Below, one piece after another: positions 20,775-31,273 of a DNA stretch of 64,000 nt (positions are counted from its first letter, which is position 1; every line of letters begins with the position of its first letter). Made by a program: the position numbers and the translations under genes. The stretch is from a virus. Taxonomy: Duplodnaviria > Caudoviricetes. Under the pieces are notes generated by a model. That model saw only the letters and a program-made list of their open reading frames with translations. It was not told where the DNA came from and ran no database searches. The DNA lies in the IMG/VR virus record IMGVR_UViG_3300029288_000109, positions 39,321 through 103,320 of that record. The stretch is one strand, 5' to 3'.

Positions 20775-20895
20775 GCTTCGTCTGGTATGTTTACAACATC
20801 CTCTTTCTTTTCTTTTAATTTTTTTGAAAGACATTGAAGCTTTTTCAGTTTTTCTTCTTTTGTCATTTTTGTTTTCTCCATATATGAATTACCCC

Positions 20896-20927
20896 ACCCA
20901 ACGGCCTAAAAACCGTTGGGTTTTTTT
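20896..20927 (+). terminator. intrinsic terminator ending the left arm
   Basis: ACCCAACGG-cctaaaaa-CCGTTGGGT followed by T-run. Confidence 0.8.
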
Positions 20928-21087
20928 ATGATCACTACTACTAGGCGAGAGAGTTTTATTTTATTTTAATATTTATTATTTTTTTTAGTAGTAATAAAAA
21001 TTTTTTTAACGAGCCGCCGACCCCCGCGCCGTAGGTAAATATAAGTCTAGCCGCAATGAGAATCCGGGGCTAAAAATCTTGCCATTG

Positions 21088-21547
21088 TCACCCTTTCTTA
21101 TCCCAATTCTTTTTATATCGTTGCGGTAAATGACCGCTTTTTATTATTTCCCATTCTTCATCAGTACCCAATCTTGGACAAGTTTTATAATTACATTCCC
21201 ATGGGCAAGAAAATACTTCTTCTAGAAGTATAAGACAATCTCCATCTACAAAAGAACGACAATGCCTACGATATAACCACCACTGTATATATTTAAACAT
21301 TATCTATCTCCTTAAAACATAAATCACAAACATCTATATAATATTTTAAAAGTAAAGATCCATCATCTGGATTTTTCTGGCTATAACATACATCAAGAAA
21401 CCCACTAAAAATATCCGCATCTGGATGATAAATTTTATGACAAGGTGTGCGTATAGCATGATAAAACCATAATATCATACTTTGTGTAGCAGGATGATAG
21501 CTATCAAATTCTTTAACAAGTAAAAAAAGAAGTTGGTAAAATGACAT
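21088..21547 (-). CDS. two small hypothetical proteins (21088-21300, 21293-21547)
   Basis: overlapping ORFs, Cys motifs. Confidence 0.5.
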
Positions 21548-21688
21548 TATTCTTCACCGTGTTTTTCTACATCTATAAAATGTATTGTGCATTCAAAAAA
21601 TTCCATACCAATACTTCTTTTCTCTTCAACTGTCATTGCTTGCCACGTATCCATAAAATATGCCCACTTTATCCATGGCATTAGAAAC

Positions 21689-21904
21689 CTATATTCCTTT
21701 TTCAACAAGCCGCTTAAACGCTATCTTTTTGTTTTTGTGTTGATCCCTTGTTTCGCGGCACTCACCAACGGCACCAGACTCACGATGAATAATTCTGACC
21801 CCCGATTCAACTTTATCGCGGTTTTGTCCACCGCAACCACCACACCGAAAGGTCTGAACATCAAAATCATCTTTAGTTATAGAAAATAATAGTTCACGCG
21901 CCAT
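21689..21904 (-). CDS. peptidyl-tRNA hydrolase, class I release factor GGQ domain (ArfB/YaeJ-like)
   Basis: FRCGGCGGQNRDKVESGVRIIH...RDQHKNK. Confidence 0.85.
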   Translation of the reverse strand: MARELLFSITKDDFDVQTFRCGGCGGQNRDKVESGVRIIHRESGAVGECRETRDQHKNKKIAFKRLVEKGI

Positions 21905-22488
21905 ATTTAGCCTTTAACCTTTCATAAACAGCTTTTTCTTGTTGTTCTTTAACATTATTGTCTTGTATGCTTCTTTTTTGTCGTATTTTAATATCAATTG
22001 GTTCACGCAAGGCATCTTCTTCAAATATTCTTTCATAGTATATTTTGCCGCCAATAATAATTTCGTGATTTCCTGATTCAATATAAATAGCAACAACCCT
22101 ACTTTGATCGTCTTTTTGAAACCTCAAACAATCTATATTTTTAAAAGCAAATTGTATATCGTTTTTTACCTCATCTACATCAACATATTTATTATTAATA
22201 AATATGATACCCATAATTTTAGTTACCCCCCTATATCCCTAATACTTTTTTAATTTCATTCTGCTTATCTCTTTTGCCTTCTTCAAAACTATTTTTAGCA
22301 ATATCATCTATAAACGCTTTTAACCATTTAGGCATATCATAATAAATAGAATCATCTGTTTTAGAATTGTAAACAGAAAATCTACCAAATTCATACTCTA
22401 TATCGCCCTTTTTATACTTTTGCATCATAACAGACGCTTTAGGTAAATCAGACCAACTATCCATTGGTTGCCTCCGATATATCCTCAA
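21894..22488 (-). CDS. two hypothetical proteins (21894-22214, 22231-~22464)
   Basis: packed ORFs; second is paralogous to 16946-17158. Confidence 0.55.
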
Positions 22489-23251
22489 AAAATATAGGCA
22501 TTACTTTATTAAACTCTTTTAATATCTTACCAAATATCAAGGCTGTTTCAGGTTGTACATGTGGATTAAGCACACGCTCTTTAAAAATATGTCGCCACTC
22601 ACGCAAATTACAAGACATAATAAGCTCGGTCTTAACGCAGTTAGGCAAATGATACCTGGCCGCTTCTGGCGGTTGTTTATGTTTTTTAATCTTGTTTTCA
22701 TATCTTTGAAAATCAATCAAACATCCATTCAAAGAATCCAAGGCAACTTCGTCTAAATTGGCAATCTCGCGTTTTGAATTCACCCAATACGAAATAGGTT
22801 TGTCAACAACAAAGATGTAGGTATCTGGTGGCACATTGTCTTCAGGCGGCAACACAATAGTATAACTATGTTTTGACGCATAATTATTGTATCGTTGCGA
22901 TTCCTGCGAGAAAGCGCATAAACGGTGCCGCACTATCTGATGACTTGTAACGCGGCTACAAACGACTCTAACAGTCTCTGAATGATGTTCTAAGACACTT
23001 TCGTGGCCACGCTTGATAAGACTTCTAATAAACGATTTATATGAGTCTTTGGTGGTTCGTCTCTGGCTCTGATAACAAACCCTTCCAATGGCTTCTATTT
23101 TACGCTCTACCTCGCCAGCAACATTATAAGGGATATAATCGGCCCAATCAAATCCCATGAAATCGGTGGGCTCAAATGAATCCGATGTATATAAAAACTT
23201 CTGGTCATAGCAACCAAACTGTACAGATGGCTCAACAACCTTAATCATCAT
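22457..23251 (-). CDS. thyX: flavin-dependent thymidylate synthase
   Basis: GHESVLEH, SHQIVRHR, SQESQRY, ARYHLP, NLREWRH. Confidence 0.93.
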   Translation of the reverse strand: MMIKVVEPSVQFGCYDQKFLYTSDSFEPTDFMGFDWADYIPYNVAGEVERKIEAIGRVCYQSQRRTTKDSYKSFIRSLIKRGHESVLEHHSETVRVVCSRVTSHQIVRHRLCAFSQESQRYNNYASKHSYTIVLPPEDNVPPDTYIFVVDKPISYWVNSKREIANLDEVALDSLNGCLIDFQRYENKIKKHKQPPEAARYHLPNCVKTELIMSCNLREWRHIFKERVLNPHVQPETALIFGKILKEFNKVMPIFFEDISEATNG

Positions 23252-24445
23252 GGTTATATTTCCTCACTATTTCGGCACCAATAGTACCCATTACGAATTT
23301 AACTGCTTTTTCTGGACAATAATTTTCAACACTAGTTGCTATACCTAATTCTCTTGCTAGTTTATTACAAATTTGTTGATATACGCTTAATGCACACTTA
23401 GTACATAAATCAGTTATCTCATTATCATCATTATAACCATTACCAGATGGGTCCATTGACCTATCATAAGCAAAATAATATCTTTCAACATCTTTGGTTG
23501 AGTCACATTTATCACAATGTTTTTTATCCATTATTCTTCTCCATTATGTGGCCCATTAGGTGGCGCACCCTTAAGATAAGAAAACATAAGTTTTAGGACA
23601 TCTATCAGTTTTCTAAGCCATGATTGCCGTAATTCAAAATCAGGACAATGACCATTAAAATTCTTTTTATCACAATCAGAATAAAAATAAATTGGACCCA
23701 TTACAAAATCAATTGTTTTACGTGGATGAGCCATGCATCGTGCAAAAATACGACCATTTCGCAATCTATCTATAAAACCAATATGTTTACATTTGCGGCA
23801 CCAAATTATTTCTTCATTATCCATATTAATCACACCAATTAAAAATATTTTTATTCTCAAATTTGGCCGTAATATCCCTGACAAAAGCATTCCATTTACA
23901 AGAGAAAGGTAAAAGAAACAACCTTCTTATGGTCCCAATGTTTTCAGATGTAATTAGAATCATCTTTATTCATCTCCCTTAACTGGTCTCTGCTTATTTG
24001 ATCCTTCACGAATCAATACATTCTTTGGTCGTTTGGGTTTCTTAGGAAACTCATCAGGAGAACATCTCTGTGATGGAGTATCAGATGGTTGCTTCCATTC
24101 TGGCATTGTAATTTTAAATACTTCGCCAGGTTCTATTGGTGTTTCACCATCTCTTACTTCGTCTACAAGAACTAGTTGTGTATCGTTTCCTCGTTTACCA
24201 TACAAACTATTCAGATATTGCAGTACAATCAGCCCCACCCTACACCTATCTGCTACACTGGCAGTCTTTGCCCTATCTTCTGTAGCAATAGTGCTGACAA
24301 TATATATATAAAGTTTTAAAGCGCAATCGCTGCACAAATAAATTACCACGGCATGGTCTAATACTTCTTTACCAGTAAAAATTAAATCATAAGCAAAATT
24401 ATATTCTTTTATATTCTCTTCTGAATTACAATGATTACATTTCAT
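23241..24445 (-). CDS. three Cys-motif hypothetical proteins (23241-23531, 23531-~23824, 23966-24445)
   Basis: first and third share CxxC...FAYD...LCxxCAL. Confidence 0.6.
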
Positions 24446-25008
24446 TAGAACGACACTCCAATAAGTGTTTTAAAAAACACATCAGTACCAAACATAAGTA
24501 TAAATGACTTTTTATTATAGTCAGGGTGTAAAAGAACATCGGTTGCACCACTCCATGCGTAAACACCATCGGTCAACATAAATGGTTCACCAAACTTACT
24601 TTTTAGTGATGTCGTGGTTGAAGCAAAATATAGATAAAAATCACTACCATTATGTGGTTTAACATATAATACAATCGCGTCAACCTTGCTGTGCCTAAAA
24701 ATACCATCAACCATTATGTAAGTAGTGTCTGTTCTTTTATATAATGAAACAATTTTATAATAATATGGTAACTTAAACTTTGTTGCGTCTTGAAAAACAC
24801 ATGGCGACGGGTCACACGTAAAATTAGGAAAAGCAGCCAAGAAAACAGTTGAATTGCCACCAATAATGTTTGCGTCATATATTGGGTCAGCATTAACAAG
24901 TTTTACACCAATAATAATTATTAATATAGCAAGAATAAAATTAATTATAAAATGTGTATATGTGGCATTTAATGCTATTGGTTCTTTATTTCTCTTTTTG
25001 TTTCTCAT
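24445..25008 (-). CDS. membrane-anchored or exported protein
   Basis: basic N-terminus plus hydrophobic segment, VNA-D cleavage-like site. Confidence 0.6.
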   Translation of the reverse strand: MRNKKRNKEPIALNATYTHFIINFILAILIIIIGVKLVNADPIYDANIIGGNSTVFLAAFPNFTCDPSPCVFQDATKFKLPYYYKIVSLYKRTDTTYIMVDGIFRHSKVDAIVLYVKPHNGSDFYLYFASTTTSLKSKFGEPFMLTDGVYAWSGATDVLLHPDYNKKSFILMFGTDVFFKTLIGVSF

Positions 25009-25020
25009 TATTGGTCTCCG

Positions 25021-25488
25021 TTAAAATATTATGGTGCACTTTACCATTTTTTGGCGATCAAATTCAATTTCAATGCTTTTGTCTTTAAGCTTGGTAACTA
25101 TCTGTTGATACTGTATAAGGCTTTTAAACCCTTCTGTAATGGTTTGATTACTTTTAAGTTCTGGATATTTTAATAAAATGGCTGGATCAACCTTACCCAA
25201 AATACGTTCTTCATATTCAGGATATCTATCTAATTCTTTTCTTACGGACTGTTCTACCTCAACAAGTCTTTCCTGATAAAGTTTAATGCGCAATTCATTC
25301 TGTTTGAGACTAATTGGGGCCATAATCACATTGCCTATTAAAATAGCTTTGATTATAATACCAAGACCACCAGTAACTACTAAAAACATACCACCGATCT
25401 CAAGACCATCATTACCATACTTGCCACCCCATTTACGATTTGCCGCAAAACACCATGCCGCACATACTATCAATAAAACTGTAAGCAT
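25021..25488 (-). CDS. membrane protein with coiled coil
   Basis: two N-terminal hydrophobic segments; LKYPELKSN. Confidence 0.6.
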   Translation of the reverse strand: MLTVLLIVCAAWCFAANRKWGGKYGNDGLEIGGMFLVVTGGLGIIIKAILIGNVIMAPISLKQNELRIKLYQERLVEVEQSVRKELDRYPEYEERILGKVDPAILLKYPELKSNQTITEGFKSLIQYQQIVTKLKDKSIEIEFDRQKMVKCTIIF

Positions 25489-25833
25489 AACCGTACCCCC
25501 TTATCCATCTAAAAGTTTTTGAAGCTCTCTTATGAACTCTCTCTTTTTGTGTTTTTCTGCGTCCCACTTAAGAACCAAATAGCCACCAATATGCCTATAT
25601 ATATTAGTATAGATAGTTTCGTCTTTGTGGTTTTTTGTGTCATTTTTGAGTGACTCATTGCTTGTTCTGCTGTCTGGAAAGTATCTCATTTTTAACCCCA
25701 GTGGACGGAATCGAACCGCCAAAATATGCCCATCCCCATTACTGTTGAGAGCATCGTTTTGCCACTTAAACTACACTAAGGCGAAAAAATCACCATTGGG
25801 TGATGATTTTTCCATATAGGAGTATCAATCCTA

Positions 25834-26535
25834 TTAGAAGTTCTTTGCTACTCTCAAAATCGGCTGTACCCGTAGTTCCTGTTCAGGAAGCTTCAAAAGT
25901 CCAACCTGTATCTTAAGTCCCTTGAGAGTTACACCGACATAGCCAGCAATGCTGTTACTATAATAGTAGCTGTTCTCTTGGCGGAACTCTAGTGTGGCAT
26001 CGAGTATTTTTGAATATACATAGTTTATATACGCTTCACCACTAAAGGTTCTTTGGCCATCACCATTTTTTTGCGATACTACACCAAGAGAAAATGTAAT
26101 ATCGTCCCTATATTTACCCTGTCCAACTAACGCAAACCGAAGGTCTTTATCGAACGCAAATCCATCTGTAGTAAGGGCAATAGTTCCACCATTTGAGAAT
26201 CTGCCTTCAATCTCAGCAAGAAATTCAAACTGTCCACCAACCTTAAACGTTCCTCTGGCCCCCATGGATCCGACGGTAACACCATTGGTTGTCTTAGAAT
26301 CGGCCTCGATCTCTATATTGTCAAAAATACCGAACCTAAAACCAAGGGCAGCAAGATCGTTTTCGTCCACATTAACCACCATACTGGTGAGTTCTCCACG
26401 ACCTTTTTGCAAAAGGCTGCCATTTGTCACCAGAACGCCCTGTGAGGCGTTTGCGACCCCAGATAGTACAACTACACTAATCATTACCAGAAGCGCCTTA
26501 AAATCGATTCTACGCATGTTTTTGACCCCTTTCAT
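25834..26535 (-). CDS. putative outer-membrane beta-barrel protein
   Basis: signal peptide (ANA-S), amphipathic beta-strand pattern, C-terminal Phe. Confidence 0.6.
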   Translation of the reverse strand: MKGVKNMRRIDFKALLVMISVVVLSGVANASQGVLVTNGSLLQKGRGELTSMVVNVDENDLAALGFRFGIFDNIEIEADSKTTNGVTVGSMGARGTFKVGGQFEFLAEIEGRFSNGGTIALTTDGFAFDKDLRFALVGQGKYRDDITFSLGVVSQKNGDGQRTFSGEAYINYVYSKILDATLEFRQENSYYYSNSIAGYVGVTLKGLKIQVGLLKLPEQELRVQPILRVAKNF

Positions 26536-26549
26536 ACTATACTGTTAGA

Positions 26550-26828
26550 TTAACCGCTATTTCCGTTTGTTATTTCTGTTGGTGTGCTATTTATGTCGCC
26601 TGCCACATTAACAACGGGCGATGAACTATCCCCAGTCAGGGATTTTGCACCACTTGGGTATCTTGCCCCAAAGTACCAACCAACAACCACACCAAAAATA
26701 CCCCAAAGTTCTTTTGGTATTTCAATTTTTGAGAAAATACAACCAGCCACCACTGCCAGTAGCCCTATAAACCCAAGGGCTCTTATAGAACCTGGTGGCA
26801 ACCACAAAGGTTCATTTGGATTAAGCAT
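26550..26828 (-). CDS. small two-TM membrane protein (holin-like)
   Basis: PLWLPPGSIRA, two TM segments, GWYFG. Confidence 0.55.
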   Translation of the reverse strand: MLNPNEPLWLPPGSIRALGFIGLLAVVAGCIFSKIEIPKELWGIFGVVVGWYFGARYPSGAKSLTGDSSSPVVNVAGDINSTPTEITNGNSG

Positions 26829-26842
26829 TCACCTCACCCTTT

Positions 26843-27712
26843 TTAAGATACGTCAAAATACTCGACCTTTATATTCTTTGTTCTTCTGTCGCTATGCACA
26901 CGGCTTGTTTTGAACGACATTATAACCTTTGCTACGCCATTAGGAAGTGGGGCATATCCAAAGCTTTCTGCATAATTTTCCGTGCCCTGTTTCGCCCCGT
27001 GCAAAAACGAACCAGTTAGAACGCCCCACCTTACAACTGGCACAACAACCAACTCTGACCGTCCCGCCGACACAATATTTGCTTTGAACGGCATTGCTAC
27101 AAGATCGTGACTATGGCCCGTCAAAATAATGTCAACGTTCGGATAAGATATGAATATCTTTCTCAGTGTATTTATTTTGCCACCAGGGTCACGACCAGCC
27201 TGCCACCCATGAGAAGCATACATATTAAAGAAACATGATCGTTCTTTAATACCGTCGGAATAATATTCACACCTTAACGTTATAAGAGCAAGGTCTCCAA
27301 GATAAGGTGCCCCAAGAGCATTGGCCATCATGTGAGTTACGTTTAGACCATCATTAACCAACACTTTGTGTTCGTGGTTTCCTTTAAGCAGCCCAAGGCA
27401 TTTGTCTTTTATGGGCATAAAAAGCCCCTTTAGGTGCTCATACTGCTTATAGGCTATTTCCGAAATAGAATCACAGGTTAGAAACTGTTTACTGATGGCC
27501 TTACCAAGAAATCGTTTATCCCTGTGTGAAATAAATTCACCATAGTCGCCCATACCAACCCAATAAGCATTGTCGTTTGTTCTTATATGTTCAATAACGT
27601 GAGACAAAAGCTTTTCATCGCAGTTAGCAGAGCCAAAATGAATATCTCCAACTGGAATTATCTCTAAATCTTGCCCCCTTTCCAATTTTACACTCTTTAG
27701 AATTGCTTCCAT
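26843..27712 (-). CDS. calcineurin-like metallophosphoesterase
   Basis: GDIH, GD, GNHE, SHG, GHSH. Confidence 0.9.
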   Translation of the reverse strand: MEAILKSVKLERGQDLEIIPVGDIHFGSANCDEKLLSHVIEHIRTNDNAYWVGMGDYGEFISHRDKRFLGKAISKQFLTCDSISEIAYKQYEHLKGLFMPIKDKCLGLLKGNHEHKVLVNDGLNVTHMMANALGAPYLGDLALITLRCEYYSDGIKERSCFFNMYASHGWQAGRDPGGKINTLRKIFISYPNVDIILTGHSHDLVAMPFKANIVSAGRSELVVVPVVRWGVLTGSFLHGAKQGTENYAESFGYAPLPNGVAKVIMSFKTSRVHSDRRTKNIKVEYFDVS

Positions 27713-27728
27713 TTTTAGTCCCCCTTAA

Positions 27729-28178
27729 TTAAAAAGCGATATGTATACGCTCATCTTCAACAATTTCTGTAAATATTGGGGCTTTGCTAACAGTTCTAGC
27801 AATAGACTCTACAATATCTTTTCCAAGTTTATCCTGAAGTAACGGGCAAGACGATGGCAATGGATCAACGCCATCATTATTGCTGCAACACACGGTCCTA
27901 TCATCACCGTCTTTTTCAAGGGCTTCTTGAAGCTCAATCCTTGCCTTGCATTTTTCAAATATTTCATCGGAACATATATCAAGAACTATGTGTCTACAAT
28001 CGAATGTTATTCCAGTAAATCCGTCCAACAGGTTGTTTAGGGCATCATTAACCGTGGCCGCGCACTCGCTACAATTTTCTTTGTCGCACTCTTTAAATTT
28101 TGCACATTTGATTTTACCCATAACGCCAAAAACCATAGAAGCACCACTATCTTTGGCCTCTTTCATTATTTCATCCAT
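27729..28178 (-). CDS. Cys-rich hypothetical protein
   Basis: 149-aa ORF with SD GGGGGTG. Confidence 0.6.
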   Translation of the reverse strand: MDEIMKEAKDSGASMVFGVMGKIKCAKFKECDKENCSECAATVNDALNNLLDGFTGITFDCRHIVLDICSDEIFEKCKARIELQEALEKDGDDRTVCCSNNDGVDPLPSSCPLLQDKLGKDIVESIARTVSKAPIFTEIVEDERIHIAF

Positions 28179-28184
28179 ATTTGA

Positions 28185-28952
28185 TTACACCCCCTTTTTA
28201 TCTTTGACTTTGTTTGTTTCTTTGCTTAATGCAGATATTATTATACCAGCTTCAGTATAAGTCAGGTTATCAAGTTCTTTTTTAGTTGTATTAAAAGGTG
28301 CAGTTGTAAAATCAGATATATCAATACTGCACCTTTTCAAAAGCGTATTGATTGCTTTTTTCTGCCCTTCTGTTACAGATGATGGTTCTGCTTTTTCAAC
28401 CACGGCCTCTTCCACGGGTTCCTCTGGTTGAGAAGGTGTTTTTGCACCCTGCTTTCTATGGGCGGCTTTTACCTCTTCTGCCGAAGCAATACTCATACCA
28501 GGAAGAATACCATATCCATAAAAACCAAGAGCCCTGCCAACCGCAGATGTTTCCGAAATTTCAAACGGAAAATCACCGTCTGTTTTTCCACTATCACGAG
28601 AAGCAGAAGAAACACCAGTGCTAACGCCATATAAGGACGATGTACAAGTACAAACGGCAACTACCTCTTTATCAAACTTACTATCAATTATTTTTGTTTC
28701 GATAGACAGCGTACCACCCTTTTTAGCATGGTCAGCCCTAGCCATCATTACGCGACCAGCAACAGTCATATACGGAGTATATACGTCTTTCCACCTGCCA
28801 CCCCCCAAATTAACACCAGACTTTATCAATTGTATAAAATGAGAAAAGTCTTCGAGTTTAACATCAAAAATATTAGTACCGCCTTTCAAATACTCTTTCA
28901 ATTGTTCCTCGCTTGGTTTTTCATTCCATTGCATTTTTAGTCTCCCTTTCAA
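28185..28952 (-). CDS. Rad52/Sak-like single-strand annealing protein
   Basis: YMTVAGR...ETSAVGRALG...SIASAEEV; replication context. Confidence 0.65.
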   Translation of the reverse strand: MKGRLKMQWNEKPSEEQLKEYLKGGTNIFDVKLEDFSHFIQLIKSGVNLGGGRWKDVYTPYMTVAGRVMMARADHAKKGGTLSIETKIIDSKFDKEVVAVCTCTSSLYGVSTGVSSASRDSGKTDGDFPFEISETSAVGRALGFYGYGILPGMSIASAEEVKAAHRKQGAKTPSQPEEPVEEAVVEKAEPSSVTEGQKKAINTLLKRCSIDISDFTTAPFNTTKKELDNLTYTEAGIIISALSKETNKVKDKKGV

Positions 28953-29598
28953 TTATGGTTTTCATTTTTTGATAACACCTTTTTAGCTTACGATGAATAG
29001 TCATTTGTGAAACACCAAGTATTTTACATATATTATCAGTGGACAACTCGTATAAATATTTTAATTCAATAAGTTCGATGTCCTTTTTGTTTAAAATACG
29101 TTTAGCATCAACATAAATATCAGAATTACCAAATGATTTGCTGTCAGAATAACCGTATATATCACACAAAAGAGCAGCTATATACAACTGTGGTTTTAGA
29201 AAAACGTTATTTAACTCTCCGCCACGTGGAATTTTATTACCATTATCAAACATACACCTTAATGACTCAAAACTTATAATACGCCCTGGATTGTGCCATG
29301 TTTTATCAATTCCCATATTAGTCACAGTACGCTCATTATACGGTAATTTTCTCATATAATGAGAAATTCCGCCACGAATATAGTGCGTAATATAAGTCAA
29401 CAGTGCAACACCATATGACGGATCAAATCGTCTTAGACCAATAAGCGCCCCCATGCGCCCCTCTTGTAATAAGTCGTCATAATCGCCTCTATCGAAATAG
29501 ACTTGTTTATGATCCCCAATAATATTGTGGGCTATTTGTGTTATAAGCGAATCTACTTCTTCAAGCTTTTGTGCCTCCTCTTCTGGTGATAAAAGCAT
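28921..29598 (-). CDS. sigma-70 family sigma factor
   Basis: DDLLQEGRMG...RRFDPSYG...YITHYIRGGI; region 4 LGVSQMTIHR. Confidence 0.88.
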   Translation of the reverse strand: MLLSPEEEAQKLEEVDSLITQIAHNIIGDHKQVYFDRGDYDDLLQEGRMGALIGLRRFDPSYGVALLTYITHYIRGGISHYMRKLPYNERTVTNMGIDKTWHNPGRIISFESLRCMFDNGNKIPRGGELNNVFLKPQLYIAALLCDIYGYSDSKSFGNSDIYVDAKRILNKKDIELIELKYLYELSTDNICKILGVSQMTIHRKLKRCYQKMKTIIERETKNAME

Positions 29599-29601
29599 AA
29601 A

Positions 29602-30774
29602 TTACTCCCCTTTCTGTTCGTGTGTAATTACAACATAGGGGGAAGAATATGAAGTTGTTGAAGCTTGCATTATTCTGTCCATAATGTCCTTATTTGTAAT
29701 TATTTTACGCAGTTGTGTGACGTTAATAGTAGATACGCTACACAACGTATTTACGTCACAACCTGCATCAACCAAAGAACGCGGCGAAATTGAAACCTTT
29801 CTCATCTGTTTTGATCCGACTTGCATACCATTAACCGCAAAGTTACCATCATGCGCTATTCTTTCTAATAATATTCCGTCAATGTCTTTCTTTTTTCTAT
29901 CGGCTATTTTTAATATATTGTCAAGAACAACCCTTTTTTCAACAAGCTGTTCAATAGTCAATGGCAAAAGAGTGTCAACAGAATTTTGTATAACATCAGG
30001 ATTCATTGCGTCCTGATATTTTGGGCACTTTGCGTTAAAATCACAGAAGGAACAAAAGTTATTTAGTTGTGGAACCCACGTGGTATCATTCTTGATTCTT
30101 GAAGACAAATAAAACAAATAGCTTTCAAAATTGATGAGGTCTATATCGTTAGCATTAATAACAACGTCCTTCATTTCGCGCAAATAAATAAACTTGAATG
30201 TAATGTTTTCAATAGACGGGAACATCTTACGAATTACCATAAGATACATTTTAGTCTGAGTGCTACTAACAAGGTCTTCATAAGACGGTATATAAAATCC
30301 GCTTTTGTAATCAACAACCTGTATCCCATTGTTTGTCTGGTCAACACGGTCTATTTTACCAGTGACAAGAACCTCGTCTCCATCATTATTAAACAAGGAC
30401 ATATCAAATTTGTGTTCGACACACGGAGCTTCATCAACAGAAACAAGCGATGGAAATCTTGGATAGAACTTAAAAAACAAGGATATAATATCAAGACCGT
30501 CTTTATAATACTTAGGTTCGGTAAGAGGGGTTTGGGTAAGAATATTCTCAAAAAGAATCTTGGCCTCGGTAGGATGGTACTTTTTTTCTCCATTTTTTAT
30601 AAGGGTTTCAAAAACCTCATGCATAACATTCCCAAATATAAGAGATGTTCGCTCTGGTTTTTCAAGCTTTTCTATATATTGCCAGTAATAGGACTGTGGG
30701 CATTGTTCGTATTTACCCATCCTTGAAGCTGACAACACCAGTGGATGTTTTGTTTCTTCGGTCATTGTTAACAA
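29602..30774 (-). CDS. PD-(D/E)XK nuclease, RecB/Cas4-like
   Basis: LSASR..YEQCP, GNVMHEVFE, GKIDRVD, VVDYKSG, CSFCDFNAKC. Confidence 0.88.
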   Translation of the reverse strand: MLTMTEETKHPLVLSASRMGKYEQCPQSYYWQYIEKLEKPERTSLIFGNVMHEVFETLIKNGEKKYHPTEAKILFENILTQTPLTEPKYYKDGLDIISLFFKFYPRFPSLVSVDEAPCVEHKFDMSLFNNDGDEVLVTGKIDRVDQTNNGIQVVDYKSGFYIPSYEDLVSSTQTKMYLMVIRKMFPSIENITFKFIYLREMKDVVINANDIDLINFESYLFYLSSRIKNDTTWVPQLNNFCSFCDFNAKCPKYQDAMNPDVIQNSVDTLLPLTIEQLVEKRVVLDNILKIADRKKKDIDGILLERIAHDGNFAVNGMQVGSKQMRKVSISPRSLVDAGCDVNTLCSVSTINVTQLRKIITNKDIMDRIMQASTTSYSSPYVVITHEQKGE

Positions 30775-31259
30775 TCCTCCCTAAAAATATGATAACTATA
30801 ATTAGTATTGTTCTGCATGTCGTCCAATAATATTATCATAAAACATGCATAATTCATAATATCAACAAGCGTATCCATGATTGACTCGTCTTTAACTTTT
30901 CTATCTGTTTTAAACGATAATGATATTACGCGGCTAAACTTGTCTGTCAATCTTACTAGTATACCAAATACGCCAAACGGCCTAAAACAAGACATGGTAT
31001 CAACAATGTTTCCGTTATAATCATCGTTTTTACGAGAAACAAGTTCTACACAATAATTCAACAACTCAAGCGGGTCTATACCAATATCGTGTGCCGCTTT
31101 TGAAATTATGGTATAACCAAATACTCTACACTCGTTTACGTTGATATCGTGTTGTTCATTTACAACTTCGGTTGCTTTTTGTATTGCGTCTTCCCATGAT
31201 ACCACGTTTTCAACATCATTTGCGACAAGCGCATTAAACATCGTTCTGTAAAAAGTCAT
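30768..31259 (-). CDS. nucleotide modification-associated domain 1 (DUF1599-like) protein
   Basis: KNDDY, GILVRLTDKFSR, DESIMDTLVDIMNYA. Confidence 0.75.
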   Translation of the reverse strand: MTFYRTMFNALVANDVENVVSWEDAIQKATEVVNEQHDINVNECRVFGYTIISKAAHDIGIDPLELLNYCVELVSRKNDDYNGNIVDTMSCFRPFGVFGILVRLTDKFSRVISLSFKTDRKVKDESIMDTLVDIMNYACFMIILLDDMQNNTNYSYHIFREDC

Positions 31260-31273
31260 ACTATTCCCCTTAT

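Noticed and set aside
21630-21691. TAG read-through of the release-factor gene
   Set aside because: The in-frame extension is only ~20 codons to a TGA and does not resemble a basic ArfB tail.
29602-30774. CRISPR-Cas locus based on the Cas4-like nuclease
   Set aside because: No repeat-spacer array or other cas genes seen; context is replication/recombination.
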